Shown: piece after piece, positions 1 to 10,238 of the stretch | Numbering within the stretch: the stretch's first letter is position 1 | How the letters are laid out: every line of letters begins with the position of its first letter | DNA from: Elusimicrobiota bacterium | GTDB taxonomy: Bacteria > Elusimicrobiota > Elusimicrobia > Elusimicrobiales > UBA9959 | Reading direction: 5' to 3' | NCBI GenBank assembly: GCA_019135865.1 | Contig: JAGVVD010000022.1 | Coordinates: 108,204-172,203, forward strand | Length of the DNA: 64,000 nucleotides | Made by a program: the position numbers and the translations under genes | Notes under the pieces: generated by a model | Databases searched by the model: none | Told to the model about the DNA's origin: nothing | What the model saw: only the letters and a program-made list of their open reading frames with translations

Positions 1-225
1 ATGGACCCTCACACCGAGCGGCTCATCACCACGGCCATAAAGAACCTCCTCCGCCACAAGACGGTCATAATAATCGCCCACAGGCTTTCCACCGTGCGCA
101 ACGCCGACAGCGTCATGATGATCTCGGGCGGCGAAGTGAAAGAGCTCGGCACGCACGACGAGCTGCTCGCCCGGGGCGGGCTCTACGCGAAATACTATAA
201 ACTGCAGTTCGGGGAGGGGGAATGA
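1..225 (+). CDS. ABC exporter ATP-binding domain, C-terminal fragment (5' end outside window)
   Basis: Translation contains the NBD D-loop/H-loop region (TVIIIAHRLSTVRNAD...GTHDELL...GLYAKYY) typical of MsbA/MdlB-type exporters. The stop overlaps the next start (ATGA). Confidence 0.85.
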   Translation: MDPHTERLITTAIKNLLRHKTVIIIAHRLSTVRNADSVMMISGGEVKELGTHDELLARGGLYAKYYKLQFGEGE

Positions 226-2003
226 TACAGACCCTCCGCTGGCTGCTGCCCTACTGGCGCGAGCACGCTGTCCGCATGACCGTGATAGTGGTCTTCGGCA
301 TGATGAGCGCCGTCCTGCACACCGTCAACCCGGTGCTGATAAAGAACATCGTCAACGGACTCGGCGCCAACCTCAACCCAGAGTACCTGCGCCACAACGT
401 GACGATGATACTGGCGGTCGGGCTGGGCCTGTTCGTGGTCAACCTGGTGGCGCAGCGCAACCGCGCCTGGATGAACGCCCGCCTGGAATGGGAGATACGC
501 CGCAAGGCCTTCGACCACGTCGTCCGGATGGACCGCAACTTCTTCCACCGCTTCACCACGGGCGACCTGGTGGCGCGTCTCTCCGACGACATTTCCGAGA
601 AGATCTCCTGGTTCTCCTGCTCCGGGGTATTCCGGTTCATACAGGCCTGTTTCACGCTGACGGCGGCCGTCTCGATGATGCTCTACCTCAATCCCACGCT
701 CTCGCTCTTCGTCCTGCTGCCGCTGCCCCTGGTCCTGATGACCTCCATCCGCACGGGGCGGCTGCTCAGCGGCAAGTACAAGGAACTGCAGGAATCGATA
801 ACCAACCTCTTCGACTTCCTGGAGACCTGCTTCACCGGCATACGCGTCATAAAGGCCAACGCCAAGGAAAGTTCGCAGATCGGCTTCTTCAGGAGCCGCA
901 CCGCGGCCCAGCGCGACGGCGAAATAGCCACGGCCCGCCTGCAGGTGATACTGTCGTACTTCTGGCACGAGGCCGGCTTCGTCTCCATAGCCCTCCTCTA
1001 CGCCGCGGGAGGCGTCCTCGTGATCAACGGGAGCGCCACGCTCGGCGAACTCATCGCTTTCCAGTTCTACGCCAATATGGTGGTGCACCCTCTGATGGAT
1101 ATCAGCCAGTTCGTGGTGGCCGGCAACCGCGCCGGGGTTTCCATCAAGCGCGTCGACGAGCTTTTAAAGTCCCGCTCGTCCCTCAAGTCCGGACTGGGCG
1201 ACATGACCACCCCCGACCGGATAAGTTCCATGGAATTCCGCGGCGCCGGCCTGAAGAACCCGAAGGGGGACGGCATGCTGGTGCGCGGCATAACCTTCCG
1301 CGCCGAGAGGGGGCAGCGCGTCGCGGTCGTCGGGAAAATAGGCAGCGGCAAGTCCACCCTGCTGGCCCTGGCCCTGCGCCTGAGCGAGCACGACGAAGGG
1401 GAGATGCTGGTCAACGGCGCCGACATAAGGAAGTGGAACCTGCGCGTCTTCCGCGAGCGCGTCGGCTACACCGCCCAGGAGGCCGCCATCTTCACGGGAA
1501 CCCTGCGCGACAATATCCTCATGGACCGCAGGTTCGGCGTCACGGAAGAGATGCTGGAGAAAGCCCTGGAGACCTCGCAGCTCAAGAACGAACTGAAGAA
1601 ATTCCCGAAGGGACTCGACACCGTCGTCGGGACCCGCGGATTCGCTCTCTCCGGCGGGCAGAAGCAGCGCGTGGCCATAGCCCGGGCCCTGCTGATAGCG
1701 CCGGACGTGCTGCTGCTCGACGACGCCACCAGCGCGATGGACGCGCAGACCGAGTACCAGTTCTGGAAGGCCTTCAGGAAGGAGCACCCCGACGCGCTCT
1801 GCCTGGCGGTGACGCACAGGGCGCGCACCATCGAAACTTCCGACCATATCCTTACGCTGGACGGCGGAAAGATAGCGGAGCAGGGCACCCACGCGGAACT
1901 GATGGCGCTGGGCGGGCTGTACAGGCAGATCTACGAGCGGGAGAAACTGCGCGGCGAACTGGGGGCGGACAAAGGGGACGGACATGACGGAAAAGAAGGC
2001 TGA
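222..2003 (+). CDS. ABC exporter, fused permease/ATPase (MdlB/MsbA-like half transporter)
   Basis: 593 aa. The N-terminal part has six hydrophobic segments. It carries Walker A (GKIGSGKST), an ABC signature (LSGGQKQRVAIARAL) and Walker B (LLLDDATSAMD). A GGAGGGGG Shine-Dalgarno sequence lies upstream. Confidence 0.9.
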   Translation: MIQTLRWLLPYWREHAVRMTVIVVFGMMSAVLHTVNPVLIKNIVNGLGANLNPEYLRHNVTMILAVGLGLFVVNLVAQRNRAWMNARLEWEIRRKAFDHVVRMDRNFFHRFTTGDLVARLSDDISEKISWFSCSGVFRFIQACFTLTAAVSMMLYLNPTLSLFVLLPLPLVLMTSIRTGRLLSGKYKELQESITNLFDFLETCFTGIRVIKANAKESSQIGFFRSRTAAQRDGEIATARLQVILSYFWHEAGFVSIALLYAAGGVLVINGSATLGELIAFQFYANMVVHPLMDISQFVVAGNRAGVSIKRVDELLKSRSSLKSGLGDMTTPDRISSMEFRGAGLKNPKGDGMLVRGITFRAERGQRVAVVGKIGSGKSTLLALALRLSEHDEGEMLVNGADIRKWNLRVFRERVGYTAQEAAIFTGTLRDNILMDRRFGVTEEMLEKALETSQLKNELKKFPKGLDTVVGTRGFALSGGQKQRVAIARALLIAPDVLLLDDATSAMDAQTEYQFWKAFRKEHPDALCLAVTHRARTIETSDHILTLDGGKIAEQGTHAELMALGGLYRQIYEREKLRGELGADKGDGHDGKEG

Positions 2004-2919
2004 GGACGGCAGGGCCGACCTGTGCGACTCGGCGGTCCGGCTGGGCCTCTACGCCAATATTTTCCTGGCGCTGCTCAAGACCGTCGCCGGCATACTCGGC
2101 CACAGCTCCGGCCTGCTCGCCGACGGCATCAATTCCACCTCCGACGTCGTCTACTACGTCGCGGTCATGGTCTTCATGCGCCTGGCCCGCAAGCCGCCGG
2201 ACGAGGAGCACCCCTACGGCCACAGCCAGTTCGAGACCATAGGCGCGCTGGTGGTGGGCGCCTTCGTCCTCACCACGGGCGTCGCGATCTTCTGGGACTC
2301 CATCAACAAGGGCTACGACCTCTACGCCCACGGCGCCGCCGCGGCCGAGGTGCGCGCCTTCACGCTCTGGGCCGCCGCGGCCACGGTGGCGCTCAAGGTC
2401 TGGCTGGCGGCCCGCACCCGCGCCATAGGCCGGGAGACCGGGAACCCGGCCGTCAGCGCGCTGGCCGCCGACCACGCCAACGATATCATGGCCGCCGCGG
2501 CGGCTGGCACGGGCATCGTCTTCGCCCGGGCGGGTCACGCCTGGGTGGACCCGCTGGCCGGCGCGGTGGTGGCGGTCTTCATACTGCGCACCGGCTTCGG
2601 CATACTCAAGGACTCGTCGATGGAGCTGATGGACGCGGTCCCGGGCGGCAGGCTGGACGCCGCAATACGCGCCGTACTGGGGGAGGTCAAAGGGGTCACC
2701 GCGGTGGAGGAAATAGCCTCGCACCGCTTCGGCCCCTACTACATGGTCAACGCCACCGTCTGCGTGGACGGGGGGATAAGCGTCAGCGAGGGGGACGCCA
2801 TAGCCACCGCGGCGGAGAGGGCCGTCCTCAAGAGAATGGACTTCGTGAAGAAGATATACATACACTATCATCCCGCGGGCCGGCCCTGCGGGCCGCGCCG
2901 CGGCCGGCGGCGGGTCTGA
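1984..2919 (+). CDS. cation diffusion facilitator (CDF) family metal efflux transporter
   Basis: 311 aa. The CDF hallmark motifs are present: LYANIFLALLKTVAG...SSGLLADGINSTSDV and HPYGHSQFETIGALVVG. A C-terminal cytoplasmic domain follows. Confidence 0.85.
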   Translation: MTEKKAEDGRADLCDSAVRLGLYANIFLALLKTVAGILGHSSGLLADGINSTSDVVYYVAVMVFMRLARKPPDEEHPYGHSQFETIGALVVGAFVLTTGVAIFWDSINKGYDLYAHGAAAAEVRAFTLWAAAATVALKVWLAARTRAIGRETGNPAVSALAADHANDIMAAAAAGTGIVFARAGHAWVDPLAGAVVAVFILRTGFGILKDSSMELMDAVPGGRLDAAIRAVLGEVKGVTAVEEIASHRFGPYYMVNATVCVDGGISVSEGDAIATAAERAVLKRMDFVKKIYIHYHPAGRPCGPRRGRRRV

Positions 2920-2923
2920 GGGA

Positions 2924-3940
2924 ATGAACGCCGGCGATCTCGGGCGCCTGCTCTCCCGGGCGCTGGAAAACCGCGCCCCGCTGCTGGAGAAGCTGCGCGC
3001 CGAGGGAACGGACTGTTACCGCCTCTTCCACGGCATAGCCGAAGGCCTGACGGGCCTGACGGTGGACCGCTACGGCCCCCTGCTGCTGGCGCAGACCTTC
3101 CGCGACCCCCTCTCCCCGTCGGATACGGCCGCGCTGGAAGAGGCCCTGCGCGCCCTCCTGCCCGGCGGCCTCCATTTCGCCTATAATCACCGCGGCAAGA
3201 GGGCGTCCGAACCGTTCGACGAATGGCATAGGCCCGCCCCGGCCGCCCTGGCCGAGTTCACCTGCTCCGAAGGCGGGATAAAATACCTGGTACGGGCCAG
3301 GCACCGCGGCATAGACCCCTGGCTGTTCCTGGACCTGCGCCCCGGCAGGCGCCTCCTGCGCGCCGCCGCGGAAGGCCGCGCCGTCCTCAATCTCTTCGCC
3401 TATACCTGCGGCGCCGGAGTCTGCGCGGCGGCCGGCGGAGCGTCGGAAGTCTGGAACGTGGATTTCGCCGGCTCCAGCCTGGAAGTCGGCCGCCGCAACG
3501 CCGTGCTCAACGGCATACCCGATGAAAAGTTCAGGACCGTGCAGGAGGATTGCCTCACGGTGGTCCGGCAGCTGGCGGGCCTGGACGTAAAGGGCAGGTT
3601 AGGCAAAAAGCGCCGCTACGAGAGGGTGGAACCCCGGCGCTTCGGCCTGGTCTTCCTGGACCCGCCCGCCTGGGCCAAGGGGCCGCTGGCCGCCGTGGAT
3701 ATAGTGAGGGATTACCCCGCCCTTTTCAAGCCGGCCCTGCTGGCCCTGGAGCCCGGCGGACGCGTTATAGCGACCAACCACGCTCCAGGCGTTTCCTGGG
3801 AGGACTGGGAGGCGGCCCTGCGCCGCTGCGCGGACAAGGCCGGTCGCCCGCTGAAGACGGTCCAAAGGGCCGACCCCGACGGGGATTTCCCTTCTTTCGA
3901 CGGGAACCCTCCGCTCAAGATCGCCGTCTGCGGCCTGTAA
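2924..3940 (+). CDS. class I SAM-dependent methyltransferase, RlmI/RlmK-like
   Basis: 338 aa. The SAM-binding motif LNLFAYTCGAGVCAA is followed by NVDFAGSSLEVGRRN and VFLDPPAW (the DPP motif of RNA m5C/m2G methyltransferases). Confidence 0.7.
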   Translation: MNAGDLGRLLSRALENRAPLLEKLRAEGTDCYRLFHGIAEGLTGLTVDRYGPLLLAQTFRDPLSPSDTAALEEALRALLPGGLHFAYNHRGKRASEPFDEWHRPAPAALAEFTCSEGGIKYLVRARHRGIDPWLFLDLRPGRRLLRAAAEGRAVLNLFAYTCGAGVCAAAGGASEVWNVDFAGSSLEVGRRNAVLNGIPDEKFRTVQEDCLTVVRQLAGLDVKGRLGKKRRYERVEPRRFGLVFLDPPAWAKGPLAAVDIVRDYPALFKPALLALEPGGRVIATNHAPGVSWEDWEAALRRCADKAGRPLKTVQRADPDGDFPSFDGNPPLKIAVCGL

Positions 3941-3951
3941 AGCCGGTCCTT

Positions 3952-4854
3952 CTACAGCGCCAGTTCGTAAAGATAAAGCAAAGGGAAGAAAAGCAGCGTG
4001 GAGAGGACTATGGCCTGGGCCGTCAGGTCCGCGTCGAAATCGAATTCCCGCGCCACCACATAGTTGAGCACCGCCGCCGGCATGGCCATCTGCAGGAAGA
4101 CGGCCGAGGAAACCTCTCCCGAAAAGCCCAGCAGCCGCGCCGCGGCCAGGTAAACGGCCGGCAGCAGGAGCAGTTTGACCCCGCTTATGGCCGCGAGGCG
4201 GTGGAAGTTCCCCGCCACTTTCTTTCCGTACAGGCTTATCCCTATCGTGAAGAGCGAGAGCGGCATGGTGGTCCGGCCGATATCCGTCATCACGGTCTCC
4301 GCCAGGGCGGGGAGCCTCCAGCCGGAAGCCGCCAGCCCCAGGCCCGCCAGCGAGGACCAGAGCACTATATTGCGCGCCGCCGTGCGCAGGAGCCGGGAAG
4401 GAGGACAGCCTCCTTCTCCGCATATCGTCGTCATGAGCGCGAAACCGGCGGTGAAAACGACCACATTGTGCAGCGAGGAGATGATGGCGGCGTGGCCTAT
4501 CAGGTGGTCCCCCAGGCGCAGCGAGACGACGGGGAAACCGAGATAGACCGTGTTCCCCATGACCGAGACTATGAGCAGCAGCCGGGCGAAGCGCCAGTCC
4601 AGCCCGAAGAGGCGCCAGGCCGCCCATACCCCGCCCATGCAGGCCAGCAGCGGCAGGAGATTGGCCAGCAGGAAGTCCCAGCCCAGCCCGGAGAGCGGCG
4701 TGGAGGCTATCTTGACGATTATAAGGCAGGGCAGGGCCAGGTAATAGAGGTACTGGTTGAAAGCCTTCTCCGCTCCCTCCCCGACGACGCCGAAGCGCCG
4801 GAAAGCCCAGCCGGCGCCGATTATCAGCAACAGGTTGACTATTATAACGGTCAT
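3952..4854 (-). CDS. AEC (auxin efflux carrier) family transporter
   Basis: 300 aa polytopic membrane protein. The N-terminus IIGAGWAFRRFG...FNQYLYYLALPCLI is typical of the AEC family. Confidence 0.8.
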   Translation of the reverse strand: MTVIIVNLLLIIGAGWAFRRFGVVGEGAEKAFNQYLYYLALPCLIIVKIASTPLSGLGWDFLLANLLPLLACMGGVWAAWRLFGLDWRFARLLLIVSVMGNTVYLGFPVVSLRLGDHLIGHAAIISSLHNVVVFTAGFALMTTICGEGGCPPSRLLRTAARNIVLWSSLAGLGLAASGWRLPALAETVMTDIGRTTMPLSLFTIGISLYGKKVAGNFHRLAAISGVKLLLLPAVYLAAARLLGFSGEVSSAVFLQMAMPAAVLNYVVAREFDFDADLTAQAIVLSTLLFFPLLYLYELAL

Positions 4855-4855
4855 A

Positions 4856-6511
4856 TCAGCCCATGAAATAGAGCACCAGGACCTGGGACGAGATCACGCG
4901 CAGGATCATCACCAGCGGATAGACCGTCGCGTAGGCCATGGCCGAGCGGTTGGAGGGCGCCATAGAATTGGCGAAGGCCAGCGCGGGGGGGTCGGTCATG
5001 GAACCGGCCAGCGCGCCGCAGAGCGAGAGGTAGTTGACCCCCAGCCTCGCCTTGGCGAAGACGCCGACAGCGATGATAGGCAGCACCGTTATGAGGAAGG
5101 CGAAGAGCACGATATAGAGGCCCCCGCCGTGCAGCAGCGTCTCGAAGAAACTGCCGCCGGCCTTGAGGCCCACGCAGGCCAGGAACAGGACTATGCCCAG
5201 CTCGCGCAGCATCAGGTTCCCCGCCGGGGGCAGGTACCAGTTCAGCGGGCCTATGTGCTGCACGTAGCTCAGGATTATCGCCATGATCAGCGGTCCGCCG
5301 GCCAGGCCCAGCTTGACCGGCGCGCTGAGCCCGGGTATCGCTATCGGGATGGAACCCAGGAAGACGCCGGCGGCTATGCCGATGAAGGCGGGGATGAGCT
5401 GCGGATGGTTAAGGTCCTTGACCGAATTGCCCAGGAAGGCCGCGGCTTTGTCGACGGAGCCCTCTTCGCCGACCAGCACCAGGTTGTCGGCGAACTGCAG
5501 GACATAGGAATCCGAGACCAGGAACTCCACGTCCGCGCGCGCCACGCGCGTGGCGGCCACGTCGTACTGCGCCTCCAGGCCCGCCTCCTCCAGGGTCCTG
5601 CCGATGACCTCCTTGCGCGTCACTATCGCGCGCGAGTGGACGATGCGGCTGGGCATCTTCTTGAGATCCAGTTCGCTCTTCGAGCCGACCACCAGCATGA
5701 ACTTGCGGACCGCTTCCTCCCGGCCCACCGCGAGGAGCGTGTCGCCGGCGCGGATCACGGTGTCGTCGTGGGCGACGGACAGCGCGCCGTCATGGCAGAC
5801 GCGCGAGACCACCACGCCTATCTCGTCGATGGCGGGGATGTCCTTTATCTTCAGCCCGTCCAGGTTGCGGTTCTCGACGCGGATACTGAGATTGGCGATC
5901 TCGGAACCGGCCTTATGCTCGTCGGGAGCGCTCATGTCGGCCCCGGCCTGCCGGCGGAAGAGGGCCCGCAGCAGGAGCATGGTCAGTATTATGCCCACTA
6001 TCGCGCCGGGATAGGCCAGCGCGTAGCCCACCGGGACGCTGTTGACGGCTTCCGGCCTTATGGCCTCCAGGGTCTGCTGCGCGGCGGCCAGCGAGGGGGT
6101 ATTGGTGACGGCGCCGGAATACATGCCGACGGCCGTCGGTATGTCGTAGCCGCAAAGCTTCGCGACCGCTATCGTGACGGCGACGCCGCCCAGCACCACG
6201 GCCGCGGCCAGCAGGTTGAGCCTTATGCCTTCCTTCCGGAAAGCCGAGAAGAAGCCGGGGCCGACCTGCGTGCCGATGGAATAGACGAAAAGTATGAGAC
6301 CGAAATCGCGCAGGAACTCGAGCGTGTCGTGGTCGGCCTCGAAACCGAAATGGCCGAAGAGTATGCCGGAGAAGAGGACGCCGGCTATGCCGAGATTGAT
6401 GCCGAAAACCTTTATATTGCCTATGGCCAGACCGGCCGCGGCCACCAGCATCATGACGAAAACGGTATGCGCCGCGGAATGGGGGGAGAAGAGATAGGCG
6501 AGCAGGTCCAT
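4856..6511 (-). CDS. YidE/YbjL-type (AAE family) transporter with central TrkA-C/RCK_C domains
   Basis: Two membrane halves flank two soluble repeats (IRVENRNLDGLKIKDI... and AIVTRKEVIGRTLEE...). The start is placed at MDLLAYLF, where a GGAGA lies 9 nt upstream. The longer ORF-track start would cover a TATAAT box. Confidence 0.8.
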   Translation of the reverse strand: MDLLAYLFSPHSAAHTVFVMMLVAAAGLAIGNIKVFGINLGIAGVLFSGILFGHFGFEADHDTLEFLRDFGLILFVYSIGTQVGPGFFSAFRKEGIRLNLLAAAVVLGGVAVTIAVAKLCGYDIPTAVGMYSGAVTNTPSLAAAQQTLEAIRPEAVNSVPVGYALAYPGAIVGIILTMLLLRALFRRQAGADMSAPDEHKAGSEIANLSIRVENRNLDGLKIKDIPAIDEIGVVVSRVCHDGALSVAHDDTVIRAGDTLLAVGREEAVRKFMLVVGSKSELDLKKMPSRIVHSRAIVTRKEVIGRTLEEAGLEAQYDVAATRVARADVEFLVSDSYVLQFADNLVLVGEEGSVDKAAAFLGNSVKDLNHPQLIPAFIGIAAGVFLGSIPIAIPGLSAPVKLGLAGGPLIMAIILSYVQHIGPLNWYLPPAGNLMLRELGIVLFLACVGLKAGGSFFETLLHGGGLYIVLFAFLITVLPIIAVGVFAKARLGVNYLSLCGALAGSMTDPPALAFANSMAPSNRSAMAYATVYPLVMILRVISSQVLVLYFMG

Positions 6512-6623
6512 AGTCGGCGTCTCCGTCGGGGGATTATACCCAGATTCTAGCAAAATAGCGGGGCGGGCGTTTTATTTTCATATAATGGATGAGCCGAGAG
6601 ACGATCCCGAGAACGGAGCAGAA

Positions 6624-7889
6624 ATGACCGCAAAAGCAGAGAGCCGCACCCCCTGGTCCTACGTACCCACCACTTATTTCGCCGAAGGCCTGCCGTACGT
6701 ACTGGTCAATTCGCTGGCCGTCATCATCTACAAGAAGATGGACGTCTCCAACACGCTCATCGCCTTCTGGACCAGCTGGCTATACCTGCCCTGGGTCATA
6801 AAGATGTTCTGGGGCCCGCTGGTCGACATGTACTCCACCAAGCGCCGCTGGGTCGTCACGACGCAGTTCGTGATGGCGGCCGCCATAGCCGGCTGCGGCT
6901 TCGCCCTGACCACGGGGCATTTCCTGGCCTTCACGATGGTCCTTTTCATGGCCACGGCCTTCCTCTCGGCCACCCACGACATAGCCGTGGACGGCTTCTA
7001 CATGCTCTCGATGAGCGAAGAGAAGCAGGCCTTCTTCGTCGGCATCAGGGCCTTCTTCTACCGCCTGGCCATGCTCTTCAGTTCCGGCGCGCTGGTGGTC
7101 TGGGCCGGCTGGCTGGAGACAAGGACCGGCAGCGTGCCGATGAGCTGGCAGATAACGCTGCTGGCCGCGGCCGGCATACTGGCCCTGCTCGCCCTCTACC
7201 ACAAGCTGTTCCTGCCTTACCCGTCCGTGGACGCCCCGGCCGCGAAAACGTCCGACTGGGGCGAGTTCTTCCGCGTCTTCGCGGCCTATTTCAGGCTCGA
7301 AGGCATAGGGATGGGCATAGCTTTCATCCTGCTCTACCGGTTCGGCGAGGCCATGCTGCTCAAGCTGGCGGCCCCTTTCCTCCTCGACAATGTCGAGGCG
7401 GGCGGCATGGCGCTCACCACGGCCCAGTTCGGCATGGTCTACGGCACCGTGGGGCTCGTCTGCCTGATAGTCGGCAGCGTGCTGGGCGGCGTGATAATCT
7501 CCAGGTACGGCCTGCGGCGCACCATCTGGCCGCTGGCCTTCCTGCTCAACGCGCCCGACCTGTTCTATGTCTACATGTCCTACAACACGGACCTGCCCCT
7601 GTCCTTCGTCTACGGCCTGGTGGCGCTGGAGCAGTTCGGCTTCGGCCTGGGCACCACGGCCTTCATGTTCTTCCTGATACAGCTGACCGGCGAGAAGTAC
7701 AAGACGGCCCATTTCGCCATCTCCACCGGCATCATGGCGCTGGGCATGATGCTGCCGGGCTTCGTGAGCGGCAAGCTGCAGGCCCTGGTCGGCTACCCCA
7801 AGTTCTTCATCATCGTCTGCGCCGCGACGATACCGGGCATGCTGCTGATACCTTTCCTGAACATAAAGGACGGGACGGCGAAGGCCTGA
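6624..7889 (+). CDS. ampG: MFS transporter, AmpG (muropeptide permease)-like
   Basis: The motif YFAEGLPY...WLYLPWVIKMFWGPLVDMYSTKRRW is characteristic of AmpG. The start is moved to ATG 6624, preceded by GGAG, because the ORF-track ATG at 6585 overlaps a TATAAT box. Confidence 0.75.
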   Translation: MTAKAESRTPWSYVPTTYFAEGLPYVLVNSLAVIIYKKMDVSNTLIAFWTSWLYLPWVIKMFWGPLVDMYSTKRRWVVTTQFVMAAAIAGCGFALTTGHFLAFTMVLFMATAFLSATHDIAVDGFYMLSMSEEKQAFFVGIRAFFYRLAMLFSSGALVVWAGWLETRTGSVPMSWQITLLAAAGILALLALYHKLFLPYPSVDAPAAKTSDWGEFFRVFAAYFRLEGIGMGIAFILLYRFGEAMLLKLAAPFLLDNVEAGGMALTTAQFGMVYGTVGLVCLIVGSVLGGVIISRYGLRRTIWPLAFLLNAPDLFYVYMSYNTDLPLSFVYGLVALEQFGFGLGTTAFMFFLIQLTGEKYKTAHFAISTGIMALGMMLPGFVSGKLQALVGYPKFFIIVCAATIPGMLLIPFLNIKDGTAKA

Positions 7890-7904
7890 GGACCGCACCC
7901 CCGC

Positions 7905-7945
7905 AAAAAGAAGGACCCGGCCGCAGGGCCGGGTCCTTTGCTTTT
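7905..7945. terminator. bidirectional intrinsic terminator between convergent ampG and ferredoxin
   Basis: A perfect 10-bp stem (ggacccggcc / ggccgggtcc) has a gcag loop. An A-run lies upstream and tttgctttt downstream. Confidence 0.6.
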
Positions 7946-7960
7946 CGGCCTTTTAAGGGC

Positions 7961-8146
7961 TTATTCGCACTTGATGCAGGAGACGGGGCAGTTGCCGGCG
8001 GTCGCCTTGCAGGCTTCTTCCTTGCCGGCGGGCACGGTCTCGGACTTCACTTTGGCCTTGTCCGCGTCCATCTCGAAGATATCGGGCTGCTCGCTGGCGC
8101 AGAGGCCGCAGCCTATGCACGCTTCTCTGTCTATGCTGACCTTCAT
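7961..8146 (-). CDS. small single-cluster ferredoxin
   Basis: 61 aa starting MKVSIDREACIGCGLCAS and ending ...CPVSCIKCE, giving a CxxCxxC...CP cluster motif. A GGAGGT Shine-Dalgarno lies 6 nt upstream of this ATG. Confidence 0.8.
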   Translation of the reverse strand: MKVSIDREACIGCGLCASEQPDIFEMDADKAKVKSETVPAGKEEACKATAGNCPVSCIKCE

Positions 8147-8228
8147 GTTATACCTCCGCGTTTTTAGCCCCGAAGGGCTTTTACTTGCCGTTAAATTATA
8201 AAAAAATAAGCCGCCCGTTTCCAAATCT

Positions 8229-9329
<1,101 letters not shown>

Positions 9330-9334
9330 GAACT

Positions 9335-10237
9335 TTATCCTTTCACGCTGCCCAGCGTAAGGCCGGAGATCAGCCACTTGGAAGAGTAGAGGAAGACCGC
9401 GAGCACCGGTATCGTGACCAGCATGGAGCCGGCGGCGAACATGCCCCATTGCGTTATGTACTGGCCCTGCAGTTCGAAGAGGCCCAGGGTCCAGGTGTAC
9501 TGTTTGGAGCTGAAGAGCACGACGCGGGCGACGAGGTACTCGTTCCAGGCCGTGGTGAAATTGAACAGGAAGGCGATGCTGAGCGCCGGCGTGGAGAGCG
9601 GGAGGATTATGCGCCAGAAAGCGCCCACCTGGCTGGTGCCGTCGACGAGCGCCGCCTCCTCCAGCGAGCGGGGGATGGTGTCGTAATAGCCCTTGAGTAT
9701 CCAGATGCTGAAAGGCAGGGAGCTCACCGAGTAGGCGATGATCATGCCGAGGTAGGTATTCATCAGCTTGAGCTTCATGATCATCAGGAAGAGGGGCAGT
9801 ATCAGCATGCCCGCCGGTATCATCTGGCTGGAAAGGAGCAGGATGAGGCCCGCCTTCTTGCCGGGGAAGCGGAAGCGGGAGAAGGCGTAGGCCGCGGTGG
9901 AGGCCAGCGAGACGCCGATGAAAGAAGTGGCCAGCGTTATTATCAGCGAATTCCACAGCCAGCGCAGGAACATGGTGTCCTTGAGCAGGCTGGCGTAGGC
10001 GGCCAGCGTCGCGCCGTCGGGGATGAGCGAGAGGTCGGTCGAGAAGAGCCGGTCGCCTGGGCGCATGGAGATCGAGAGGATGCGCAGCAGGGGGTAGACG
10101 CAGATGCCCGCGGCCGTTATGACGACGATATGTATCAGGAGGTACCTGAGCGCTTTGGCGCGGCGCACCGGGCTGTCCATGACCTCCGCGGCGGAGGCCG
10201 CCAGGCCGCTTAAATATCCTTTCCTGGTTCCGGTCAT
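9335..10237 (-). CDS. sugar ABC transporter permease (MalG-like)
   Basis: 300 aa. The EAA loop is present (EEAALVDGTSQVGAFWRIILP), with six TM segments. Confidence 0.9.
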   Translation of the reverse strand: MTGTRKGYLSGLAASAAEVMDSPVRRAKALRYLLIHIVVITAAGICVYPLLRILSISMRPGDRLFSTDLSLIPDGATLAAYASLLKDTMFLRWLWNSLIITLATSFIGVSLASTAAYAFSRFRFPGKKAGLILLLSSQMIPAGMLILPLFLMIMKLKLMNTYLGMIIAYSVSSLPFSIWILKGYYDTIPRSLEEAALVDGTSQVGAFWRIILPLSTPALSIAFLFNFTTAWNEYLVARVVLFSSKQYTWTLGLFELQGQYITQWGMFAAGSMLVTIPVLAVFLYSSKWLISGLTLGSVKG

Positions 10238-10238
10238 A

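Noticed and set aside
6585-6623. The ORF-track start of the AmpG-like gene at ATG 6585.
   Set aside because: This ATG overlaps a TATAAT box (catATAATGg). The next ATG (6624) has GGAG 5 nt upstream and begins just before the conserved AmpG N-terminus. The 13 extra residues are probably not translated.
8147-8228. A hairpin (agccc-cgaa-gggct) and a TTGGAA-18-TATAAT pair between malK and the ferredoxin gene, considered as terminator plus promoter.
   Set aside because: The hairpin has T-runs on the plus strand only, while both neighbouring genes are on the minus strand. The promoter assignment is plausible but unsupported beyond hexamer matching, so neither is listed as a feature.
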